Assembly (NCBI GenBank): GCA_038207335.1
Contig: JBBQZX010000041.1
Location: 1-26,819 of the forward strand
DNA from: Chthoniobacterales bacterium
GTDB taxonomy: Bacteria > Verrucomicrobiota > Verrucomicrobiia > Chthoniobacterales > Chthoniobacteraceae
DNA: 26,819 nt
Reading direction: 5' to 3'
Both the position numbers and the translations under genes were made by a program. Every line of letters starts with the position of its first letter. The stretch's first letter is position 1. The notes under the pieces are model-generated. The model saw only the letters and a program-made list of their open reading frames with translations. It was not told the DNA's origin and searched no databases. Shown one piece after another: positions 1-10,285 of the stretch.

Positions 1-1
1 C

Positions 2-36
2 AGGGTCGCGGCGGAGCGATCACTCCGCCGTGCCCT
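2..36. repeat. GC-rich hairpin (REP-like palindrome or terminator stem)
   Basis: CGCGGCGGAG (7-16) pairs with CTCCGCCGTG (23-32) around a CGATCA loop, with one G-U pair. AGGG (2-5) and CCCT (33-36) extend the stem. No U-tract follows. Confidence 0.5.
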
Positions 37-146
37 CAGGCGTCTGCGGCCTCCCGAAAGCGCATGCATCTTCTCCCAAAACCCTTCACGCTGGCAGCTC
101 GTTTTCGGCATGAAGACGAGATACAAGGCGTCGCTACGCGCACACC

Positions 147-450
147 GTGAATGAAGACCAGAACAAGCCTCCCGAAGCGCAGCCGCGTAACGGGTTCATA
201 TTCGGGCTCATCGTTTCTCTCAGTGTCCTCGCGCTTCTTTGCTATATGTTATTCCCGACTATCAGCGACGGTCCCACACCCGCAAATCGGATGCGGCATC
301 GCGCCCGGAACGAAGCCATTGAGATCACAGAGGCGCTGCGGCGTTACTACAGCGAGTATCAATCACTCCCTACCGGTTCCCATCGTCAGATCATCGCGTC
401 ACTTTCAGGCGACAACCCGAAAAAGATCGTTTTCTTCGCGAGCGACTGGG
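147..450 (+). pseudogene. Truncated GspG/pseudopilin-like membrane-anchored protein (N-terminal ~100 aa)
   Basis: N-terminal hydrophobic helix (FIFGLIVSLSVLALLCYMLF), then a GspG-like helix (EITEALRRYYSEYQSLP) and SLSGDNPKKIVFF. After ~450 the frame becomes non-protein-like Arg-rich sequence and lacks the expected DPWG-type C-terminus. Confidence 0.5.
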
Positions 451-600
451 AGACCACTCGGCGCGGTGCTCGCAGGCATCTACGGCGTTTGTCTCGGCTG
501 GCTTCGAGTCTTCAGCGGTGGCCTCGACTTACCCGTCATTGCCCACATCGCAGCCGAAGCTACTATCTTCACCATCGTCGCCCGTTCCGGCGTTTTATGA
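451..600 (+). pseudogene. C-terminal fragment of CPBP (CAAX/Abi) family intramembrane protease
   Basis: The frame of ORF 151..600 ends PLGAVLAGIYGVCLGWLRVFSGGLDLPVIAHIAAEATIF. This matches the last two TM helices of CPBP proteins (GxxLGWLRxxSGxLxxPxxxHxxxN/D). The upstream EExxxR motif is absent. Confidence 0.55.
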
Positions 601-936
601 GCGTCACGTCTCTGACGGCCGTTATGAGCCCACCAATCGCAACTTTGAGCGGCACGGTAACGGGGAGTTGAATCGATTCGCACAGCGCGCGTTGATACAT
701 CACTGCGCGAGGATCGCCTCCGCGCGTTGGAACTCGACGCTAAACTCGCGGGAGAGTTCACCGAGAAATTTCAGCACAGCGGCAACGTCGGACATCGGCG
801 CGTCCTCGACGAGGAAACGCGGATGGAGATCATGCGACTGCGCCGGATGAGGATGGCGGATGCTCGCACGATCGAGACGGCGCTGGGGGTGAATTAACTT
901 GGCCGTGACCCAGCGGAGGGGAGAACGAGTCAGAAC

Positions 937-1035
937 CGGACTCTCACGGAAATCCACGGACTCGGATGGATTTGCTCCTACTTCGGTTCCTACCTAACTC
1001 GCATTCGCGTCGTAAGTCCCTGTAAATCAGAGAAG
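937..1035. mobile_element. Putative attachment-site (att arm) remnant adjacent to tmRNA 3' end
   Basis: Lower-GC stretch immediately 3' of ssrA with short phased direct repeats: CACGGA at 945-950 and 955-960, TCCTAC at 976-981 and 988-993. It also has an IHF-like motif (minus strand TTACAGGGACTTA). ssrA is a known integration hotspot. No integrase is in the window. Confidence 0.35.
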
Positions 1036-1392
1036 TGGAGGCGAGGGGAGTTGAACCCCTGTCCTGAATGCTGTCAGCGCAGGCTTCTACATGTTTATCC
1101 GATCCTTTGTTTAAGGGGCGCGCGATTGACCGGCAAACTGCGCACCTCCCGAGCAACCACGGAATCGATTCTCCCTCGGACGCGGTTACTCCGCCCTCGG
1201 GATAGCCTGCTGTCGTCGCCCCCGCCGTTAGCAGGCGTCGCTGCGGGGACGTCGCGGAATTAAGCCGCGAGAGCTAGATCTTCGTAATCGTTAGCGTTTA
1301 TTTTTTGTGCCCAGATGTTTTAACGAGGCCAACCAGGCTTCCTCGACATGCCGCCTGCGTCTCGAACAAACAGTCGAAACCAGTACGCCCCC
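1036..1392 (-). ncRNA. ssrA: Transfer-messenger RNA (tmRNA)
   Basis: Minus strand begins GGGGGCGTACTGGTTTCGAC and ends GGACAGGGGTTCAACTCCCCTCGCCTCCA. The 7-bp acceptor stem has the G3:U wobble (Ala identity) and the T-loop is GTTCAAC. Length is 357 nt with an internal tag ORF. The terminal CCA is not encoded. Confidence 0.97.
1260..1295 (-). other. tmRNA proteolysis tag reading frame (A)ANDYEDLALAA*
   Basis: ATAAAC followed by GCT AAC GAT TAC GAA GAT CTA GCT CTC GCG GCT TAA. Typical AND start and LAA end. Confidence 0.92.
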
Positions 1393-1412
1393 GTTTTTTT
1401 GGGGAGGTCGAA

Positions 1413-1440
1413 AAGGTAGGCGCACGATGCGAATTTGCAA
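1413..1440 (-). promoter_or_regulatory. Putative sigma70 promoter for ssrA
   Basis: Minus strand TTGCAA-N16-TACCTT, about 20 nt upstream of the mature tmRNA 5' end. Confidence 0.45.
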
Positions 1441-1519
1441 CCGCGAAATTCGACCGCAGCGCTTCGAAGAGCCAACTGTCGGCTCGCTTTCCGGCGCGCC
1501 GCACGGATTGTTCTTCCCC

Positions 1520-1684
1520 ATGATTTCCCGCTTCACCTTCGCCCTCCTTTCGTTCGCCGCTCTTCTCACCGCCGGCTGCGCGCATCGCGACAAGAAACCG
1601 GACTCGCGCATCTACGCGGGAGAAAGCCCCTCTCTCCATTACTCGAATCGAGAGGCGGCAGGCGGACCTCTCGGCGGATTCTGA
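1520..1684 (+). CDS. Small putative lipoprotein (54 aa)
   Basis: MISRFTFALLSFAALLTAGC has a basic N-region, hydrophobic core and lipobox LTAG-C. Stop lies 5 nt before the Rrf2 start. Confidence 0.7.
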   Translation: MISRFTFALLSFAALLTAGCAHRDKKPDSRIYAGESPSLHYSNREAAGGPLGGF

Positions 1685-1689
1685 GCCGA

Positions 1690-2130
1690 ATGCGGATTTC
1701 AAAAAAAGCGGAATACGCACTCCGGGCGCTCGCCGCGATGGCACGGGAGCCGAAGTCGTGGCGCATCGAGGAACTGAGCGCGCACGAAAATATCCCGGTC
1801 AAATTTCTTGAGCAAATCCTGCTCGCGCTCCGTCACGCGGGGCTTGTCGCGAGCAAACGCGGCGTCGGCGGCGGCTGCACATTGCTGCGCCCGGCGGCGG
1901 AGGTTTCCGTTGGCGAGGTAATCCGTATCCTCGACGGCCCGCTCGCTCCGATCCCGTGCGCCGCGGAGCGCCCGGAGGTGCCGTGCTCCTGCCCAGACCC
2001 GCGCACCTGCCCCGTTCGCGCACTGATGACCCGCCTGCGCCAGGAGCTTGCCGGGTCGCTCGACTCCCAATCGCTCGAGGACATGCTGCGCCTCGCGCCG
2101 GGAGCCGAGACGCTGGCTTACGACATCTGA
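1690..2130 (+). CDS. Rrf2 family transcriptional regulator
   Basis: MRISKKAEYALRAL, IPVKFLEQILLALRHAGLVASKRGVGGG wHTH, VGEVIRILDGPLAP, and a Cys cluster C-x8-C-x-C-x5-C. Confidence 0.93.
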   Translation: MRISKKAEYALRALAAMAREPKSWRIEELSAHENIPVKFLEQILLALRHAGLVASKRGVGGGCTLLRPAAEVSVGEVIRILDGPLAPIPCAAERPEVPCSCPDPRTCPVRALMTRLRQELAGSLDSQSLEDMLRLAPGAETLAYDI

Positions 2131-2220
2131 GCGGTGGCATCGCCCAAGTCAGCCTGGAAAAGCTCCACCGCGTTACCTCCGAAGATGCCCTAACAAACGC
2201 AACGCCGCATCGAAGCAATC

Positions 2221-2670
2221 CTAGCTTGCTCGTGCCGGAACGACCAGGACCGGACACGCAGCTCTTTTCAAAACGCCTGTCGTAACGCTGCCGACGAGCA
2301 GGTGGTAAAGCGCACCGTGACCATGCGATCCGATGACGATCAAGTCCGCGCCATACTTCCCGCCTTCCTCCACAATCTTCTCGATGCTCGGCCCCTGCAC
2401 ATGCAGCGCGGTCACCTCGAGCGCAGTGCCTTCCTCAAGCTGCGCTTTCAGCGCGTCGAGTTGCTGGTGAAAGGATCTCATTTCGCGCGCCACAGTCACG
2501 CGCACCGGCTGAGGGCCGGCCTCGAAGCCGACGAAATCCGGCTCCGGCTCCTCGACATGCAGCAGGATGACGCGGGCACCAAACGCTTCGGCCATCGAGC
2601 ACGCCGTCTGCGCCACACGCGTCGTGACATCGGAGAAATCCACCGGGACGAGAATCGTTTTGACGTTCAT
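2221..2670 (-). CDS. Universal stress protein (Usp family)
   Basis: MNVKTILVPVDFS start, ADLIVIGSHGHG and LLVGSVTTGVLKRAACPVLVVP. True start is ATG 2670. The upstream extension in the ORF track is antisense to rarA. Confidence 0.95.
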   Translation of the reverse strand: MNVKTILVPVDFSDVTTRVAQTACSMAEAFGARVILLHVEEPEPDFVGFEAGPQPVRVTVAREMRSFHQQLDALKAQLEEGTALEVTALHVQGPSIEKIVEEGGKYGADLIVIGSHGHGALYHLLVGSVTTGVLKRAACPVLVVPARAS

Positions 2671-2751
2671 GCCGAGAGGATACGCTGAGGGATCGAAAAC
2701 AGGAAGCCCTCCAACATCGAGGAGCGACTGCGACGATAAACGCCAAACAAA

Positions 2752-4089
2752 ATGCCCGACCTTTTCTCCAACGCTACCGAGACAGATTCCGGTCGAGCCA
2801 ACGCTCCGCTCGCCCAGCGTATGCGCCCCGCCACGCTCGACGAATACGCAGGCCAGGAGCACATCCTCGCGCCCGGCAAACTCCTGCGCCGCGCGATCGA
2901 GGCCGACCGCATTTCCTCCATCATCCTCTTCGGCCCGCCGGGCACCGGAAAGACCACGCTCGCCGAGATTATTGCGCATGCCACGCAGTCGCGCTTCGAG
3001 CGGCTGAGCGGCGTCGAGAGCAACGTCGGCGACCTCCGCCGCGTCATCGCCACCGCCGCCAATCGGCTCGCGAACAAAGGCGAAAAGACGATCCTTTTCA
3101 TCGACGAAATCCATCGCTGGAACAAAGCGCAGCAGGACGTCCTGCTGCCCGATGTCGAGCGCGGCACCGTCCGCCTCATCGGCGCCACGACTCACAATCC
3201 GTTCTTCTACATCAACAGCCCGCTCGTCTCGCGCTCGCAGGTTTTCCAGCTCGAGCCGCTCTCGCCCGAGAGCCTCCTCTCATTGTTAAAGCGCGCACTT
3301 TCCGACAAAGAACGCGGTCTCGGAAACCACCGCGTCGAGGCCACCGACGAGGCACTGAGGCACCTCGCGATCACCGCCGACGGTGACGCTCGCAAGGCGC
3401 TCAACGCGCTGGAGATCGGCATCCTGACTACATCCGCAGGCGATTACGGCACCATTCGCTTCGACCTCGCAGCAGCCGAGGAGAGCATTCAGAAAAAGGC
3501 CGTCGTCTATGATGCCGACGGCGACCAGCACTACGACACGATTAGTGCATTCATCAAAAGTATGCGCGGTAGCGATCCCGACGCCGCGCTCTACTGGCTC
3601 GCGAAAATGCTCTACGCCGGCGAGGACATCCGCTTCATCGCGCGACGCATCGTCATCTGCGCGAGCGAAGACATCGGAATGGCCGACCCGCAGGCGCTCG
3701 TCGTCTGCGTCGCGGCGCAGCAGGCAGTGGAATTCATCGGCCTGCCCGAAGCGCAAATCCCCCTCTCACAAGCCGCCGTCTATCTCGCCACCGCGCCGAA
3801 ATCCAACCGCGCATACGCCGGGATCGCAGCCGCGAAAAAGGACGTGCAGGAAGGTGTCACGCTTGCCGTCCCGCGCGCCCTCCGGTCCACCGGCCACAGC
3901 AAAGGCGCGAAAGCCCTGGGCCACGAAGGCTACAAATACAGCCACGACTTCGATGGCGGGTATGTCCCGCAGGCATACCTCCCCGAAGGCCGCCGCTACT
4001 ACGACCCCAGCGAGCAAGGCTACGAAAAACGCGTCAAAGAGCGCCTCGACTACTGGCGCGCGCTCTTTGACAAAGCGACCGGCAAGTAG
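2752..4089 (+). CDS. rarA: Replication-associated recombination protein A (MgsA/RarA AAA+ ATPase)
   Basis: PLAQRMRP, Walker A GPPGTGKT, Walker B LFIDEIHR, GATTHNP, HYDTISAFIKSMRGSDPDAALYWLA, ASEDIG. Confidence 0.96.
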   Translation: MPDLFSNATETDSGRANAPLAQRMRPATLDEYAGQEHILAPGKLLRRAIEADRISSIILFGPPGTGKTTLAEIIAHATQSRFERLSGVESNVGDLRRVIATAANRLANKGEKTILFIDEIHRWNKAQQDVLLPDVERGTVRLIGATTHNPFFYINSPLVSRSQVFQLEPLSPESLLSLLKRALSDKERGLGNHRVEATDEALRHLAITADGDARKALNALEIGILTTSAGDYGTIRFDLAAAEESIQKKAVVYDADGDQHYDTISAFIKSMRGSDPDAALYWLAKMLYAGEDIRFIARRIVICASEDIGMADPQALVVCVAAQQAVEFIGLPEAQIPLSQAAVYLATAPKSNRAYAGIAAAKKDVQEGVTLAVPRALRSTGHSKGAKALGHEGYKYSHDFDGGYVPQAYLPEGRRYYDPSEQGYEKRVKERLDYWRALFDKATGK

Positions 4090-4098
4090 CGCGTTGCA

Positions 4099-6702
4099 TC
4101 AGCTCGCTTCTGCCTCTGGTTCAGTCTCTGGCTCCTCTTCATCGCGACTCACGACAGGTGCGATCCCGCAGAGTTTCTCCGCGCCTTTGAGGTCGATCAA
4201 CTTCACGCCTTGCGCGTTGCGCCCCGTCTCCCGGATTTCGCTCACTCGCGTGCGGACCATCTTCCCCTTATTGGTGATGAGCATGAGGTCATCCGTCTCA
4301 CGCACCGTGAGCGCTCCCACCAGCCTCCCAGTTTTCTCCGTGAGCTTCATCGCGATGACGCCTTTGCCGCCGCGCGATTGCAGCCGGTAAATCGGCCCTT
4401 GGTCGTCGTCGAAACGCGTCCGCTTTCCGATCCCTTTCTCGCCCGCGACCAGAAGCATGCACTCCTGATTGACGATCGCAGCCGCGACCACGATGTCGTC
4501 CTTTCCATCATCGTCCTTGCCGGGCCGGATTCCCCAGACCCCGACAGTGTTACGGCCTTGGTCGCGCAATTCCCCTTCATTAAAACGGATGCTCATTCCA
4601 TTGCGTGTAATCAACAGGATCTCATCGAGTCCGGTCGTCAGCTTGCAGTCGATGAGCCGGTCGCCTTCCTCGACCTGAATCGCGATGATCCCGCCTTTCC
4701 GCAGGTTCTTGAACTCATTTAAGTTCGACTTCTTCACGATCCCGCTCCGAGTCGCGAAGACGATGTGCAACTGGTCGCTCCAAGTGCCCTCATCGGTCTT
4801 CTGCCCTTGAACTCGGATAGTCGCTGCAATCTTCTCATCGTTCCGTAGCTCCAGGATGTTTGCAATGGAGCGCCCCTTCGACGTGCGGCTCATCTCGGGA
4901 ATCTCATACACCCGTTCGACATAGCAACGCCCATCCTGCGTGAAGAACATGAGGTAGTCATGGGTCGTCGCCGTGAAGAGATGCTCGACGAAGTCTCCAT
5001 CCTCATCGGTCATTCCTTCCCGCGTCGTCATCCCGATCACGCCTTTCCCTCCACGTCGCTGCGCACTGAAAGCGCTCACCGCAGTCCGCTTGATGAATCC
5101 ATTGTGCGTGATCGTGATGATGCACCCTTCATTCGCGATGAGATCCTCCATGTTCATCTCTCCTTCATCGGGAACAATCAAAGTCAGCCGTTCGCTGCCA
5201 TACTTCCTCTGAATCTCGCGCAACTCTTCCTTGATGATCGTTAGCACGCGTGACTCTTTCGCCAAGATGTCGAGCAGGTCTTTGATCGTCTCGATCAGCG
5301 CATCGTATTCATTCTTGATGCTATCACGTTCAAGCCCCGTGAGCTGATACAAACGCAGGTCGAGAATCGCATTCGCCTGCCGCTCGGTGAAGCTGTAGCG
5401 CCCATCGACCAGCCGCCCTTCGCTGCGGATGAGAATGCCAATCTGCTCCACCGCGCTCCGCGTCCAGTTCATCGCCAGCAGCTTCTCCCGCGCATCTTCA
5501 CGATCCCGCGAATCACGGATGATGCGAATGAAGTCATCTAGATTCGCGAGCGCAATGAGGAAGCCCTCCAACCGCTCCGCAAGTTCCTCCGCCTGACGAA
5601 GTAGAAAGCGTGTCCTGCGCAGGATGACCTCGCGCCGATGCTCGATGTAACAGGCAATCGCCTCCTTCAAGCTCAAAAGCTTCGGCTTCCCGCGATCGAT
5701 CGCGAGCATGGCGACCGAGAACGACGACTCCAGCGCCGTGTGCTTGTAGAGGTTGTTGATGACGACCTTCGGATTCGCGTCGCGCTTGAGCTCCACGACC
5801 ACACGCGTGTTCTCATCCGACTCATCGCGAATCGCAGAAACCTCGGTGATGACCTTCTCATTCACCAAGTCCGCGATGCGCTCCACCAGCACCGCACGAT
5901 TCACGTTGTAAGGAATCTCCGTGATGACGATCTGCTCGCGGTTTCCCTTCAACTCCTCGACGCCAGCCTTGCCCCGCACCCGCACGCTCCCTTTGCCGGT
6001 GGCAAAGTATTGTTTGATCCCAGCCGAGCCGAGTAACATGCAACCTGTTGGAAAATCAGGGCCTTTCACAAACTGCATGAGTCCTTCGAGCGTGATTTCC
6101 GGGTCATCGATCTGCGCGCAGACGCCGTCGATGATCTCGCTCAAATTGTGCGGCGGCATGTTCGTCGCCATGCCGACTGCGATGCCTGTGCCGCCATTGA
6201 CCAGCAAGTTTGGAAACGCCGAGGGGAAGACTGTCGGCTCCTTCCGCGTCTCGTCGTAGTTATCGACGAAATCGACGGTGTCCTTCTCCATGTCGTCCAT
6301 CAGTGCAGCACCCAGGTGCCGCAAGCGCGCCTCGGTGTATCGCATCGAGGCAGGTGGATCGCCTTCCACCGATCCAAAGTTCCCCTGCCCCTCGATCAGC
6401 ATCTCTCGCATCGCCCAATACTGCGCCATGTGAACCAGCGTCGGATAGATCGCCTGATCGCCGTGCGGATGGTAGTTGCCCATCGTCTCGCCCACGATCT
6501 TTGCGCATTTTAAGTGCTTACGATTCGGCTGCACACCAAGTTCGTTCATTGCGAAAAGGATGCGTCGTTGTGAAGGCTTCAACCCATCCCGCGCATCCGG
6601 CAGAGCTCGAGAAATGATGACCGACATCGAGTAGTCCAGAAACGACTTCGACATCTCATCGGCCACGTTTACAGGTTCTACTTTTTCGTTTTGATTATAC
6701 AT
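4099..6702 (-). CDS. gyrA: DNA gyrase subunit A
   Basis: SFLDYSMSVIISRALPDARDGLKP, YHPHGD, catalytic Tyr122 in ASMRYTE, GyrA-box QRRGGKG, beta-pinwheel repeats and an acidic C-terminal tail. Confidence 0.97.
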   Translation of the reverse strand: MYNQNEKVEPVNVADEMSKSFLDYSMSVIISRALPDARDGLKPSQRRILFAMNELGVQPNRKHLKCAKIVGETMGNYHPHGDQAIYPTLVHMAQYWAMREMLIEGQGNFGSVEGDPPASMRYTEARLRHLGAALMDDMEKDTVDFVDNYDETRKEPTVFPSAFPNLLVNGGTGIAVGMATNMPPHNLSEIIDGVCAQIDDPEITLEGLMQFVKGPDFPTGCMLLGSAGIKQYFATGKGSVRVRGKAGVEELKGNREQIVITEIPYNVNRAVLVERIADLVNEKVITEVSAIRDESDENTRVVVELKRDANPKVVINNLYKHTALESSFSVAMLAIDRGKPKLLSLKEAIACYIEHRREVILRRTRFLLRQAEELAERLEGFLIALANLDDFIRIIRDSRDREDAREKLLAMNWTRSAVEQIGILIRSEGRLVDGRYSFTERQANAILDLRLYQLTGLERDSIKNEYDALIETIKDLLDILAKESRVLTIIKEELREIQRKYGSERLTLIVPDEGEMNMEDLIANEGCIITITHNGFIKRTAVSAFSAQRRGGKGVIGMTTREGMTDEDGDFVEHLFTATTHDYLMFFTQDGRCYVERVYEIPEMSRTSKGRSIANILELRNDEKIAATIRVQGQKTDEGTWSDQLHIVFATRSGIVKKSNLNEFKNLRKGGIIAIQVEEGDRLIDCKLTTGLDEILLITRNGMSIRFNEGELRDQGRNTVGVWGIRPGKDDDGKDDIVVAAAIVNQECMLLVAGEKGIGKRTRFDDDQGPIYRLQSRGGKGVIAMKLTEKTGRLVGALTVRETDDLMLITNKGKMVRTRVSEIRETGRNAQGVKLIDLKGAEKLCGIAPVVSRDEEEPETEPEAEAS

Positions 6703-6728
6703 CGGAGATAGGAGGAAAGGGGTGCGAG

Positions 6729-7154
6729 TTAGCGGTCTGGAAACACAGCAATATCAAGAATTTCCGCGGCATCGCGGATTCGTTTGTCAGTCGTGCAAAG
6801 TGGGAAGTCCTGACTGAGATCGCACGCCGCGGTGTGGATCGCATCCAGCGTGCGCAAAGGAACCTGAGGATGACACGACTCAAGAATGCGATTTGCTTTT
6901 CGCAGCGTAACGTCATTCAGCGCATGCAAAGCGATCTGCTCGGTCTCAATCCAGTATTTGAAAGTCTTCCAAGCCGTCGCCCGATCCATCGAACTCAGCT
7001 TCCCATTACGCTCCTTTGCGAGCAACGCCGACCACACCTCAGTCAGGGCAAGCTCGGAAGTTGACAGCGACAGACCATTGACCTTTTCGTCAAAGAAGTC
7101 GCTGTCCGGTTCCGGCACCAGCAGTTTGATGATGATCGCGGTATCGAGATACAT
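6729..7154 (-). CDS. vapC: PIN-domain (VapC family) toxin
   Basis: YLDTA N-terminus, ELALTEV, LRTLDAIH and TTDKR supply the four PIN acidic residues. 141 aa, starting 3 nt after an antitoxin gene. Confidence 0.9.
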   Translation of the reverse strand: MYLDTAIIIKLLVPEPDSDFFDEKVNGLSLSTSELALTEVWSALLAKERNGKLSSMDRATAWKTFKYWIETEQIALHALNDVTLRKANRILESCHPQVPLRTLDAIHTAACDLSQDFPLCTTDKRIRDAAEILDIAVFPDR

Positions 7155-7157
7155 CGG

Positions 7158-7484
7158 CTACCAGTCGCGCCCGTCGCGGTCCGCGCGGACGATTTCTTCC
7201 GCAGGCGGCCCGCCGGTCCATGCAGTCATCTTTTTGAGGTGATTTGCCGCTCCGAGGAATACTTTGCGCCGCTTCCGCGACTTGAATGGCGTGATCCATA
7301 CCTTCGGTGTGCCGTCGCTCGTTACGACGACCTCCCGCCCGCGCGAAACCCATTCGAGAAGGCCCGAGAAGTGCGCTTTCGCTGCGCGGATGCTTATGCT
7401 CTCACCTATCCCTGGCAGGACGGCAATCTCCTGCGCAACAGATAGTTCCATGGGCTCCTCGGCCTCGATTGGTGGTCGCTTCAC
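7158..7484 (-). CDS. Phd/YefM family antitoxin
   Basis: ISIRAAKAHFSGLLEWVSRGREVVVTSDGTP is the Phd/YefM DNA-binding signature. Start is GTG 7484 or ATG 7451. Confidence 0.88.
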   Translation of the reverse strand: MKRPPIEAEEPMELSVAQEIAVLPGIGESISIRAAKAHFSGLLEWVSRGREVVVTSDGTPKVWITPFKSRKRRKVFLGAANHLKKMTAWTGGPPAEEIVRADRDGRDW

Positions 7485-7490
7485 ACAGAT

Positions 7491-7518
7491 ATTGTAGTCA
7501 CATGTAGTCCCACTACAA
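7491..7518 (-). promoter_or_regulatory. TA operon promoter with overlapping palindromic operator
   Basis: Minus strand TTGTAG-N16-TACAAT, 6 nt before GTG 7484. Inverted repeats TTGTAGT...ACTACAA (7492-7518) and TGTAGT-CCC-ACTACA (7503-7517). TGTAGTC is also directly repeated at 10-nt spacing. Confidence 0.7.
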
Positions 7519-7520
7519 GC

Positions 7521-10280
<2,760 letters not shown>

Positions 10281-10285
10281 TCAGT

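Noticed and set aside
700..957. 85-aa minus-strand ORF downstream of ssrA as a possible integrase remnant
   Set aside because: No tyrosine-recombinase HxLR/Y motifs, and its 5' part overlaps the att-like repeats. It cannot be supported as a gene.
944..1500. Several short ORFs overlapping tmRNA
   Set aside because: Explained by the ssrA gene and its promoter. No protein-like features.
2671..3195. N-terminal extension making the USP ORF 324 aa
   Set aside because: It is the antisense shadow of rarA. The Usp domain starts at ATG 2670.
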